Assembly (NCBI RefSeq): GCF_032444005.1
Contig: NC_091285.1
Coordinates: 15,314,001 to 15,378,000, forward strand
Origin: Ranitomeya imitator
Lineage: Eukaryota
Reading direction: 5' to 3'
DNA length: 64,000 nt
Numbering within the stretch: the first letter of the stretch is position 1; each line of letters begins with the position of its first letter. Both the position numbers and the translations under genes were made by a program. Positions 30,962-43,900 of the stretch are shown here, one piece after another. A model generated the notes under the pieces. The model did not search any database. It had not been told where the DNA came from and was given only the letters and a program-made list of their open reading frames with translations.

Positions 30962-33900
30962 TCAATACTCATCATGGTACGGGTAATTAGGGTGCTCTTT
31001 CCAGCTAAAAAAAAATAATATAAGTAAAATAACAATAAATAAAAACATATATTTTTTATGTAAAATAATGTAAAATTCTCTTAAAAGACACTTACGAATT
31101 GAGATTTAGGTAACGCATGTTCTTGTTGACTCCGTCAAGATTTTTCATGTCTTTGTCACTTAGTTCAAAGTCAAATATCTGAAGAAGAAAGGTCAAGAGC
31201 AACTAAAAAAGTCCTTAAATATTTATTTTTTAAATACAAAAATATTTAGAACACCACTTCTGTTTAAAGTCATTTAAAATGATGTTCCAAAATTAAAAAC
31301 ATTGTTTTACAGGAATTTATATTTTTGGGGATATTTTTATTTTTGCTCCATTTACCTGGAAGTTCTGCTTGATCCTCTCAGGATTGAAGCTTTTTGCCAG
31401 GACAACAATTTTTTTCTGTAGCAAATATCGCATGGCCACCTGCGCCGGTGTGCGGCACAACTTCTTAGAGATCGTATTTAAAACAGGGTCTTCAAGCACT
31501 TTGGGTGACTCCTGATCCTCAATCCTGTCAGGAAACAAAAAATATTCAATATACCAGATATATTCTTCTACACAGGGAGCAGTATTATAGTAGTTATATT
31601 CTTCTACATAGGGGGCAGTATTATAGTAGTTATATTCTTGTATATAGGGGCAGTATTATAGTAGTTATATTCTTCTACATAGGGGGCAGTATTATAGTAG
31701 TTATATTCTTGTACATAGGGGCAGTATTATAGTAGTTATATTCTTGTACATAGGAGCAGTATTATAGTAGTTATATTCTTGTACATAGGAGCAGTATTAT
31801 AGTAGTTATATTCTTGTACATAGGAGTAGTATTATAGTAGTTATATTCTTGTACATAGGGACAGTATTATAGTAGTTATATTCTTGTACATAGGAGCAGT
31901 ATTATAGCAGTTATATTCTTGTACATAGGGGGCAGTATTATAGTAGTTATATTCTTGTACATAGGGGCAGTATTATAGTAGTTATATTCTTGTACATAGG
32001 AGCAGTATTATAGTAGTTATATTCTTGTACATAGGGGCAGTATTATAGTAGTTATATTCTTGTACATAGGAGTAGTATTATAGTAGTTATATTCTTGTAC
32101 ATAGGGACAGTATTATAGTAGTTATATTCTTGTACATAGGAGCAGTATTATAGCAGTTATATTCTTGTACATAGGGACAGTATTATAGTAGTTATATTCT
32201 TGTACATAGGGACAGTATTATAGTAGTTATATTCTTGTACATAGGAGCAGTATTATAGCAGTTATATTCTTGTACATAGGGACAGTATTATAGTAGTTAT
32301 ATTCTTGTACATAGGGGCAGTATTATAGTAGTTATATTCTTGTAGATAGGGGCAGTATTATAGTAGTTATATTCTTGTAGATAGGGGCAGTATTATAGTA
32401 GTTATATTCTTGTACATAGGGGCAGTATTATAGTAGTTATATTCTTGTACATAGGAGCAGTATTATAGTAGTTATATTCTTGTAGATAGGGGCAGTATTA
32501 TAGTAGTTATATTCTTGTACATAGGAGCAGTATTATAGTAGTTATATTCTTGTACATAGGGGCAGTATTATAGTAGTTATATTCTTGTACATAGGGGCAG
32601 TATTATAGTAGTTATATTCTTGTACATAGGAGCAGTATTATAGTAGTTATATTCTTGTACATAGGAGCAGTATTATAGTAGTTATATTCTTGTACATAGG
32701 AGTAGTATTATAGTAGTTATATTCTTGCACATAGGGGCAGTATTATAGTAGTTATATTCTTGTAGATAGGGGCAGTATTATAGTAGTTATATTCTTGTAC
32801 ATAGGAGCAGTATTATAGTAGTTATATTCTTGTACATAGGAGCAGTATTATAGTAGTTATATTCTTGTACATAGGAGCAGTATTATAGTAGTTATATTCT
32901 TGCACATGGGGCAGTATTATAGTAGTTATATTCTTGTATATAGGGGCAGTATTATAGTAGTTATATTCCTGTACATAGGAGCAGTATTATAGTAGTTATA
33001 TTCTTGTACATAGGGGCAGTATTATAGTAGTTATATTCTTGTACATAGGAGCAGTATTATAGTAGTTATATTCTTGTACATAGGAGCAGTATTATAGTAG
33101 TTATATTCTTGTACATAGGGGCAGTATTATAGTAGTTATATTCTTGTACATAGGAGCAGTAGTATAATAGTTATATTCTTCTATATGCTTATTCTATAGG
33201 TGTCCAGGTTTCATTCCATCCTTTTTCCTGTGACACTATTATATATAACTATGTAATATTCTTGTACTTACCAGCCCTCTGCTCGGCTGGACCCCAGTAC
33301 ACCGTACGCCATCACTGTGATATCATGAGATTTGCAGAACTCCCGTAATTTGCTCTGATTGTGGTATATGTGACATTCTATCTGTACAGAGAGTAATACA
33401 TATTCTGATTGGTTGATAAGGAACATGTCCTTCATTATAGCTCTTGCACCTAACAGATGGATCCAATAAATGGATGCATGAACAAGTTTGAGGTTCTTAG
33501 ATCTCCATGGGAGGCAGATTTAATTTTGAAGAAGAAGCCATAATCGTTACCTCATTGCACGCTGGTTTGTACTTGAGTCCTGGCATATTGAGAATCAGCT
33601 CCAGTTGCCGGCGGTTAAAATTGGAGACTCCGATGGATCTGACGAGCCCGGCGTCCTTGCACGCTTCCATAGCCTAGAAATGATCAATTCAGTCAGTGCT
33701 ACAATACGATCCGGTTGTGTCACCGATACTAATCTGGCGATCAGATGATCTGATTGGAGGACGTTTTGCTGACTTTGCATTTTCTCTGCAGAGGCCACTA
33801 CAGGTGAAACGTGGTATTGCATCCCTACTGGCCATAAGAGTGGGCATCCCCTCTCCATTCCATCGTTGGGTTTCCACGTGTAACATCTCTGTCTGAACAT

Positions 33901-35756
33901 GCTACTATAACCTCTACCTTTGTGGCGCCACATTAGTACAATGTATGCCACTGGGTGACGGTAGCGTGTTTCAGTTTGATGTTGATAGCTGGGACTTGTT
34001 GTCTTTTCTTCTTATTGAATAGTGTTTTTCAGCACATGGATTTAGTGTATTTAGCTCCCTGCTTGAAGCCATGGGCCAGGGCTCCTCCCTATTTAATCCC
34101 CCAGCAGTCGGTCTCTGGTCGCCGGTTATAGGTTTGACCTTCTTTGGTTCGTTCCTGCTTCCAAGCTGTGACCTATTTTCTTGACTTTTTTGGGTTTTGA
34201 TTACCTAACCCGACTCGATTTTGTTCCTCACTTTGACCTCCTAGTTCTGTTCTGAAGTTCTGACAATTCAATGCCATCCTGCTCCACTCCGTGGAATCAA
34301 TCCAGGGGGGCCCTTTTTTTTTTTTAGGGATTACAGGATGAAGACCAAGGTTCCCCTAAAATCCTATCCATGAAAGACTTCTTAAGAGCTGCCAGCCTGC
34401 CCCGTGTCTTGTTGGATCAAGCTATTTAAGACAACCCGTACCCCGATATTTACCTTCCATGTTTCCCGGAGATCTGTGTTATGAAAAATTATTTTCCCGT
34501 TTGCATCCTTGGGAAAGGGATCATCTCCTGGCTAGAGGGGAAAAAAACGAAGAAAACAAAACAAAGAGTCAGTCTTTATTTGCTAAGTATTGGCAAAATT
34601 ATTCAGACTGGGAATATCATGTTTTCTCTAGTCACAACCAAAGCTGCATTTATAGAATACAATGTTGTACTATCGGACCTTTCCAAGACAAATCCATAAC
34701 AAGATCCATAGGAGGACAAACCTTGAACTCCACCGGTGTGTGGATTAGGAAGAGATCCATGTAATCCAGCTCCAAATCCTTCAAAGATTTCTCCAGCCCT
34801 ATGCGGACCCTCTCAGGAGCGTGGTTAGTATTCCAAAGCTGCAGAAGTAAGAAACAAGTGACTGTGGCTGCAACTGAACAGCGCCCCCTTGTGGCCACAT
34901 TAATGAGAAAAACGGATCACACAAAACTCAGATTTTACAAGGTCACCTTCCCGGTGTAAAAAATGCCTTCTCTCTTCACCGTCCCATCAGCAATTTTTGC
35001 TCGAATGCCTTGTCCGACCTGAACTTCATTCATGTAGGCAAAGGCGCTATCGATGAGACGATATCCGACATCGATTGCCAGCTCGGTGCTCTCTCGGGCC
35101 TCTTCTTTGGAATACTGTGCAAAATATGGTAACATCGTTAAAAAAAAATCAGAAAATGATGAAGCATTCAACAATTATTACAAAATATCAGGAAAAAATC
35201 CCTGAAAATTCCAAAAATATATCAGAAAATTCTGAATCATTAAAGTGGTCGTCAACAAGCTAGAACTTAAAGTGGCTACAAAAATAGTCTCAGTGTCTGG
35301 AGGACCTGACACGGTGAACCCCATTAACTTCAATAAAAAAAAAATATTGTAATACTTTGTTTGACCTGCGGTGTCACTGTAGGAATCTTGAGTACCTCCT
35401 ACTAGGTATAGAATTTAGAATTGATCACTTGGTCAGTTGACTTTTTTTGATGCCAATATGATCCAAGACCCTCACGAAGGAGGGAAGGCGATGGAGTGTG
35501 AGCAAAAGTTAGTAAACTGGCAGAGCTATGACTACATTACATCATTCTGTTTGATCTATAGTGAGTGCCCACGGTGGGGTTCAATTTCCGGCAGTTCCTC
35601 CCTTGCCCAGAGACCCACATGCCAGCAATTATTTTGGGATGTACCTAGGATTAGCCTATGCTTACTCACCGATTGTGGGGCAAAAGTGCCAAATCCGATC
35701 ACTGGTATCTTATGTCCATCATTCAGCTCAAAACGGGAGTCCGACTTGAGAGCCAT
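30962..35756 (-). CDS. Aldo-keto reductase family 1, AKR1C/rho-crystallin-like, gene B (9 exons, 325 aa)
   Basis: Exons: 35756-35670, 35114-34947, 34838-34722, 34531-34454, 33673-33551, 33381-33272, 31524-31356, 31178-31096, 31004-30962 (978 nt). Introns are GT..AG and the frame is open. D50/Y55/K84/H117 equivalents are present ([16 protein letters not shown]). Ends [13 protein letters not shown]. Confidence 0.95.
31555..33185. repeat. 35-bp minisatellite in intron 6 of AKR gene B
   Basis: Same unit and orientation as 4195-4800, about 46 copies by length. Confidence 0.95.
34880..34897 (-). promoter_or_regulatory. CTCF-like motif, intron 2 of AKR gene B
   Basis: TGGCCACAAGGGGGCGCT is near consensus and lies at the position homologous to the gene C site. 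Confidence 0.6.
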
Positions 35757-36799
35757 AGTGCAATGTGACCACGGTCCCGTACGAATGCAACACAGAAAAG
35801 CTACGTGCTGCTTTTAACCGGTCCTCGCCCCACCCGCAATCATGTAGCCCTCATCTCCTCTGCCAACTCTACTGCTTTGGGTGTGGTGCCTGTGGATTTT
35901 GGGCACTGAATGATTTCTGCCCTGTCATTTTGTTGATGCAAACACAATAGGTATCGTAGAGCTCGAATCTTCTACAAATATTAGAACAGTACCCAGCTAG
36001 CGTCTCAAATTAACCCCAATGTAGCCCTACCAATTGTTAGATCCAGAAAAGCAGATAAATAAACAAGACACGCCACGTTATGCACAAACAGGTCTCGACG
36101 CGTTTCGCTTACAACATACAGGTTGATCAGGAGAAAGCAAAACCTGGTGCAAGATGTGTAGCCTAAAGTTCAACCCAAGTAGGCTAAACCCATCTGACTT
36201 GGCACCCACAAAGTCTGCTCCATCATGTACCTAAAAGCAGAGAGTTGAACAAGACCCAGTCTCCTGGGTTCAGTCTCCAGTTGCCCCATAGTACCCCCTT
36301 AGTGTATCTTCACTCTTATTAATCACCGCTTTGTGGGGAAATTTTCACCGGTTGATGCCCACCTAAACTGCCTACTTTGTGCCCCTAGGTAGTGATGGTG
36401 TGCCCTTATTTCCATCCTGCCCAGTATTGTTGCCTCCTTGGTGCCCGCTTAGGTTTCACACTTTCGACATTGATAGTCCGAGTAACCGGCCATAATATTC
36501 TCAACAACCTCACATACTGTATGCCTCAGCTCCTGGTTTATGCGGACCCATGGCTGACAAGGTCCTAGTGGACGTCTCTTCGGATTCGATTTTTCCTCCC
36601 TTACTTTTGAAAGCTATAACTTGTTCATTTTTGGTCAGTTGCATTGTATCCAGGCTTGTTTTTGTGGGGTGAACTGTAGTTTTTATTCATTCCATTTTGG
36701 GGTTAGATCTATTTAATTTTTTTTTCTGCAGTGACATAAACAAAAACAGCAATTCTACCATTTTTTTTTATTTTGAGGTGAGGTCAACTGTTCTCACTT

Positions 36800-38090
36800 C
36801 ACACATGCAGCACTCACATCCATTATACATGTACGAAATGGAGGTAAGTGGGCCACCCTGGTGCGACGGATCCGACACTTGTCCAGTCTTGTGGGTTGAT
36901 AGTTCAGGCTGTTAAAATTGAAGCAGTTGGTCCTGACATCTTGGTCCATACTCGGGCCCCTGAGTTGCAGGACTACTGGCAAGGAGACAGCTAGGGGCTC
37001 ATTTTCCTCTGCTGACTCTTGCGTTCTGCTGACTTGGACAGTATGTTGCCATTCTCCGTTGTAGAAACCTTCTCTGGTTTATTTCTACCCTGTCACCTCA
37101 CACCAACTCCTCTCTTTTTCTTATGACCACCATAGACCTCATGTCTCGGCTGTACCTGCCCCTACCCCTCCCTTTTTTCCTCTCTTACTGGGCCAAGCGC
37201 AGTTTCGATGTGGAATTTATGGTGGTCCCATGTTGAAGAAGACTTAAACATTCCAATGCCAACACCAGTGGCCTCTGGTTGTAGGCAAACTACCTGTTGT
37301 CTGGTGGCAATAGAGGGGTGCGAAGATGGTGAAGCTCGAGGAAAGAAGGAAAGGGAGTATCTCTCTCTCACATGTGCACCGCAATGGAGAAGACACGGCC
37401 CACGCCAGCACTAGGCCGCAGTTCAAGCCTGTATGGATGTCAATAGATTCACCTAGAAAGATGTCGGGAGCTGAAGAGCACTCGTCTACTCATCCTTTTC
37501 AGGTGACTCTCTTGACATCCATATAGCCAAGATTGTGTTTGAAGCTCAGACGAGTGTAGGGACTCTTGCTGTCGGGGATGTCACGGATGAAAGATGAAGT
37601 TTGATCAAGGCCGGAAAAAAGGCAAAAAGCAGGGGTAAAGCCTGGAATGAAGAAGGTTCTGTAAGACTGAGGGTCAGATGCTCTTACCCGATGGTGGAAC
37701 CACCAGTGTTGGGGCCTGAGCTGTTCTGGAAAAATCATCGAGGAGAATTCTTAAGGCTCAGACCAGATCAATGCTGGTTGGCCTTTAGGAGGTCTATCCC
37801 ACACACTGGGTCACGAGGTATCAAACCTAAGGGTTATTCTTAGCTGCCGAGACCCCCTATAATCCCAAGAATGGAGCTCCTAAATGCCAAATAGACAAGT
37901 TTCAGCTTTCTCCGGCAGTCCCATAGAGAATGAATTGAGCTTTGTCCTATTTCTGACAGTTTCGCAGAAAGTGAATGGAGCAGAGACCCGAAGTCCATCC
38001 CAGCAGAGCATTTCACAGCCACGTTCCTGGGATTGGCGGAGATCTCCCCACCAACCAAAAACTTACTTATCCTGTAGATAAATAACTTTC
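36800..38090 (+). mobile_element. Possible highly degraded DIRS-like retroelement
   Basis: Fragmentary peptide resemblance (LWWSHVEEDL.IP as RNase H-like, PMVEPP) and terminal cttacttatcctgtagataaataactttc. Weak. Confidence 0.3.
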
Positions 38091-39218
38091 AGAATAGGGA
38101 CTGACCGCTTTACTGTTGCCGTAATCTGTGGAAATCGATAAGTAAAAGTGTTCTTATATTAGGAGACTAAAGCCTAAAGCCTGTGGACCTGAACCAACGT
38201 TTGTCTGTTTTTTTTTAGTGACTTTTAGGTTGTTGTTTTTTTGTCTCGTGGCATGTGATACCGTTTGTGTGCCAAATTCGTCATGTGGCGCACATAGTTC
38301 ATGAATTTTTTTAAAATAAAAAATGTTTCTTAATTTTGTCTTCTCCTCTTCTTGCTAATGTCTCTCCAGGAAGAGACCGGAGTACATTTTGCACAAAAAT
38401 TTTGTGACAACTGATGAATCAACCGCAGACATATGGAAAAACAAAAACCACTTCCACATTCCAGAGAATAATATAAAAAAAAATAAAAATAAAAAAAAAA
38501 AGCGAACACATAAAACAGACTTCATAAAAGACACAAATTAAAAGGAATTTAGCAAAAATCAAAAACAGGTGAAAAAAGCAAAAAAAAAAAAAGGCAATAT
38601 TAAATGTATGCTTTGGAAATAGTTTTTTTTTTGTAATGTCCTCGATGCCTAGCAAGTCAATCTAACATTTATTAGTTGCTGCACCATCACCATGTATTGT
38701 CACTCACATCCACTAAAGATCTGGTCTGTCATATTTTCACCTTGCATTGACTTCTACGGGCAGTTCTCAGCTGCACATCTGCAAACGATAGTGCATGGTT
38801 TATTAAAAGGGGATTTATTTGTTAAAAAAAATTAAATAAACTCCTCGGGGGCGTGTCACAGTCATTATGTTCATTTATTCATTTGCCTCATGTTTAATTT
38901 TTTTTTGTTTTTCTTCTTTATTAACGTTACGTCCCACGTGATGAGATCTGTAACATGCCGTATCCTTATTCACTGATCCTTTTTATCTCTTTGTGTTAAC
39001 CATTTATTTGCACAATTTTTCCTATTCAAGATTGAGAAGTACATAACAGTAGAATGAGCGGCAAATATTGGCAAAATGGGCTATAATTATAGTCCTCTTG
39101 CCAAATATGATGCCATTTTTAATTTAATTGCCAAATTATGAAAAAATACGAATTGAATCGCGTCTCTTGTAGCATCAAAATAAAGCAAATAAAAGGTTAA
39201 CAGAGTAAATGGAATGAG

Positions 39219-39740
39219 TGTCACGATTCCGCTTACCGGTGTTTCTGGACGCAGTGATTGACAGTTCACCTGTCCAATGTAGGGTTCAGCTGTCAGTATG
39301 GTGATGGACAGCTCAGTCGTCCAATCGGAAAACTGGGGCGTGCTGAGATGTCAGTGGTTTGAGTGACAGTCCAGCCGTTCAATCAAGGCCGGGGCGGGTG
39401 GAGTTTCCTCCATGGGTTTCCTGTTTGTAGAGATTACCTGGCTATTTAGATGACTCTCTGCCTTCAATTATTGCCAGTTGTAGCTTAGCTCAAGTGGTGC
39501 GTGTTTGTACTGTGCTCCGAGTTCTTGTATTCTGATCCTTGTTGCCTAACCTTGGATTTGCCTTTGACCATCTGTTTGCCTAGCCCCCTTGTCTTGATCA
39601 GCTACCTTCCAGGAATTCTGACCTCAGACTGTGACCTGAATACCCCTCTGTCTTTCCCCTTAGTTTTCGACGAGTTCTCGTGGTATCTGACCCAGGACCT
39701 CTTGACTACCCTGCCAACGTTAGTAGTGGCTAGTGTCACA
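39219..39740. mobile_element. Solo LTR
   Basis: TG..CA termini (TGTCACG...GTCACA) with 5-bp TSD ATGAG at 39214-39218 and 39741-39745. Internal TATA-like ctatttaga. No coding sequence. Confidence 0.75.
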
Positions 39741-40061
39741 ATGAGTTTATACCACAGGTCGCTAGTGCCATCTATTTTATTTACAGAGTAGCTACTTCTT
39801 TAGGAGAGGTCCTCAGTACTGAGTTCCAGGGATCTGACTCCCGACCTTCTCACTGATCAACTGTTATCGGCTCCTGCAGCTGTTGGACAGATGACAACAG
39901 AAGCCTCTTTTTTACCACTTCTGTCTTCTCCATTGCCGTCTGCAGGACACTCAGTGTGCGTCATGAATCATAGACACCATTGATGCTTCCGTGGGACCTA
40001 GCGATCACATGGTCGTTGGGTGTCTACCGGTATAGGGTCCTAGCAAATCCAGATTATCTCT

Positions 40062-40450
40062 GCCACTGTCTTGTACCATCACAGGAGGATGTGTTCCCCT
40101 GTAACTAGGGCCCCATATGAATGGTCCAGTTACAGTGGAAAAAAAATCAGCAATATTGCCACTGTCTTGTACCATCACAGGAGGATGTGTTCCCCTGTAA
40201 CTAGGGCCCCATATGAATGGTCCAGTTACAGTGGGGAAAAAAATCAGCAATAGAGTAAAAAAATAAATTTTTCATCAGAGATCTTTTTTTTATTTCTTAT
40301 GTGAAAAAAAGTTTCTCACAGAAGAAATTAAAAAAAAGATCTCTGATGAAAAATGTATTTTTTTACTCTATTGCTGATTTTTTTTCCACTGTAACTGGAC
40401 CATTCATATGGGGCCTTAGTTATAGGGGAACACATCCTCCTGTGATGGGA
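40062..40450. repeat. Long foldback (MITE-like) with a tandemly duplicated left arm
   Basis: 96-bp tandem duplication (gccactgtc at 40062 and 40158). The segment at about 40172-40300 is the near reverse complement of about 40318-40448. Confidence 0.8.
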
Positions 40451-40983
40451 TCTCTCAGGCGCGGTGTATTACATATTCTGGGTTGATTTATTCGTTCCTC
40501 TGTTTTGCCGCCTTCAGCCTGAATCTACAATGTGCACATGCCAATGAGAACAAGGAAAAACCCACCCCCCAAAATAATCCATATGCTACATAAATCAAAG
40601 CCTCATACAGCCACATCAGTGGAAAAAATATAAAAAGTTGTGGATGCTGAAAAGCCAAAGAAAATTGAAAAAAAAAAAAATGAAAAAAGGGGGTAAAATG
40701 AAACATGTCCCAGGTATTGCACCTCGGGGGTGGATCAATGCTGGTGACCTAGTGCCCCTCCCCTCTGTGAGTCCTCTCAGCCAATCAGCAGAGCCAGTGA
40801 GGTCATATGACTCTTTTGCATCCATAGGATCCGTGTGACTAGGTAAACAGGGAGCTCCCCCTAGTGGTGGTGGCAGGAGGTGCACAGAAATTTCTGTATA
40901 ACCAGGATTGTAGGCAGAGTTGCCCTTTAAAAAAAGAATGGTAACAGGAACCAAACCACAAAAAATAGATTTTATTCGTCATG

Positions 40984-43900
40984 TTAATATTCGTCATGGT
41001 AGGGATATTCCGGATGGTCCTCACACCTACGAAGAAATGCAAAAAGTAAAAGTTCATATGGATTTAGTTCACAGAACAGTGACATTATTATAGCACTGTA
41101 TGGCGATATTATTGGAGTGTTATATAGGATAGTATTAGAGCACTATATAGAGGCATTACTAGGGCATGATATGGCGATATTATTAGAGCGATATATGGGA
41201 TGTTATTAGAGCAGCATTATTAGGGCAAAGTACAGCAATATTATTAGGGTACTATATGGCGATATTATAAGGGAACTATTTGAGGATACTATTAGAGCAC
41301 TGTTTTGCGATATTATTAAGGTACTATATGGTGATATTATTAGGGTAGTATTTGATTATATTAGTACAGTACTATAATGCGAAAGTATTAGGGCACTATA
41401 TAGCCACATTATTATAGCAATATATAGTGATCTTATTAGGGCATTGTATGAACATATTATTAGCTCACTATCTGACAATATTAGACCACCATTTAACGAT
41501 ATTAGGGAGAAATTTGGCAATATTATTAGGACACTTTTGGTGACATTATTAGGACACTATATGGCAATATTATGACACTACATATCACTAATATTAGGTC
41601 ACTATTTGGCAATATTACTGAGGCATTCCTGGCAGTATTATTAGAGCACTATATGGCCATATTACTGATGCATTCCTGGCGGTATTAGGGCACTATATGG
41701 CCATATTACTGATGCATTCCTGGCGGCATTATTAGGGCACTATATGGCCATATTACTGATGCATACCTGGCAGTATTATTAGGGCACTATATGGTGATAT
41801 TACTGATGCATTCCTGGCGGTATTATTAGGGCACTGTATGGCCATATTACTGATGCATACCTGGCAGTATTATTAGGGCACTGTATGGCCATATTACTGA
41901 TGCATACCTGGCAGTATTATTAGGGCACTATATGGCCATATTACTGATGCATACCTGGCAGTATTATTAGGGCACTATATGGCCATATTACTGATGCATA
42001 CCTGGCAGTATTATTAGGGCACTATATGGCCATATTACTGATGCATACCTGGCAGTATTATTAGGGCACTGTATAGCCATATTACTGATGCATTCCTGGC
42101 GGTATTGGGGCACTATATGGCCATATTACTGATGCATACCTGGCAGTATTATTAGGGCACTGTATGGCCATATTACTGATGCAGTCCTGGCAGTACTATT
42201 AGGGCACTATATGGCCATACTACTGATGCATACCTGGCAGTACTATTAGGGCACTATATGGCCATACTACTGATGCATACCTGGCAGTATTATTAGGGCA
42301 CTGTATGGCCATATTACTGATGCATTCCTGGCGGTATTATTAGGGCACTATATGGCCATATTACTGATGCATACCTGGCACTATTATTACGGCACTGTAT
42401 GGCCATATTACTGATGCATACCTGGCAGTATTATTAGGGCACTGTATGGCCATTTTACTGATGCATACCTGGCACTATTATTTGGGCACTATATGGCCAT
42501 ATTACTGATGCAGTTCTGACAGTATTATTAGGGCACTATATGGTGATATTACTGATGCATTCCTGGCGGTATTATTAGGGCACTGTATGGCCATATTACT
42601 GATGCATTCCTGGCAGTATTATTAGGGCACTATATGGCCATATTACTGATGCATACCTGGCAGTATTATTAGGGCACTATATGGCCATATTACTGATGCA
42701 TTCCTGGCAGTATTATTAGGGCACTATATGGCCATATTACTGATGCATACCTGGCAGTATTATTAGGGCACTATATGGTGATATTACTGATGCATACCTG
42801 GCAGTATTAGGGCACTATATGGTGATATTACTGATGCATACCTGGCAGTATTATTAGGGCACTATATGGCGATATTATTGAGACATTATTTATGTTCTCA
42901 TTATATATCAGTATATTTCTTGGCTAATTTCCCACAATGCTTTATCCAGAGGCCTCTGCTTGCCCCTGACATGACCCGTACGGATGCCACCCTCTGTCTC
43001 GGACATTTGTTTCGCACGTAGGGCAGTCTCATCTTCCATGGTATCGGGCACCGGATACTCACATTTCCATGCGGTCATAACGAAGATTCTTATTCTGCCC
43101 GTGGAGAACGGTCATGTCTTCTTCGGAAAGCTGGAAATCTAGAACCTGGGAATAAAAGAGACGAGTCCCAGAAAGGAGGAGGAACAACGACTCTCACTGA
43201 TCCCCAAACTTACACCACGACTCATTGTCGCCCCCTGCTGGGCATCACCAGAATGCATGTGTCCAATGCTTCAGCGCCTGCGCAGAGGTCCATGGGCAGC
43301 AGTGGTAAAATAAGGGGGTAATGATTGGGTTCACCAATGGCCCTGATCCTAATACCTGTAAATTCTGTTTGATCCTCGCCGGGGTGAAGCTTTTGGCCAG
43401 GACAACGATCCCCCTCTGCAGCAGGTACCGCATGGCTACCTGGGCAGGGGTACGACCCAGCTTATGGGCTATAGTATTCAGCACCGGGTCCTCCAGGAGT
43501 ACAGGGGCGCCCGCACCGATCCTGCAGACAGGGCCACAAATTATAGGGTTTCTATACAATCGTTCTCTGTCCCACCAGGATCAGTACTCACCCCCAGGTT
43601 TCGTCCCGGCTGGACCCCAGCACACTGTACGCCACCAGCGCGATGTCCCGCGACTTGCAGAACTCCAGCATTTTGCTTTGGTTCAGAAATAGGTGGCACT
43701 CTACCTAAACGGGACAGAGACTGCTCATCCTGGGCCCCCTGGTTCATGAACTCAACGGCAGGACGACGGTCAGCGGACCTTACCTGATTGCAGACGGGCT
43801 TGTGCTTCAGTCCCGGCTTATTCAGGATCATCTCCAGCTGCCGGCGGTTGAAGTTGGACACTCCGATGGATTTCACCAGCCCGGCGTCCTTACACCGCTC

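Noticed and set aside
31555-33185. CRISPR-like appearance of the regular arrays
   Set aside because: The units are head-to-tail with no unique spacers, there are no cas genes, and the context is eukaryotic.
34650-35756. Treating the short AKR ORFs in the track as separate small genes or pseudogene fragments
   Set aside because: They are single exons extended into introns. Splicing at GT-AG sites gives three full-length open frames.
35812-35817. TATA boxes for the AKR genes (TTAAAA upstream of B, TTAAA upstream of A)
   Set aside because: These are weak matches, not conserved in gene C, and no TSS information is available.
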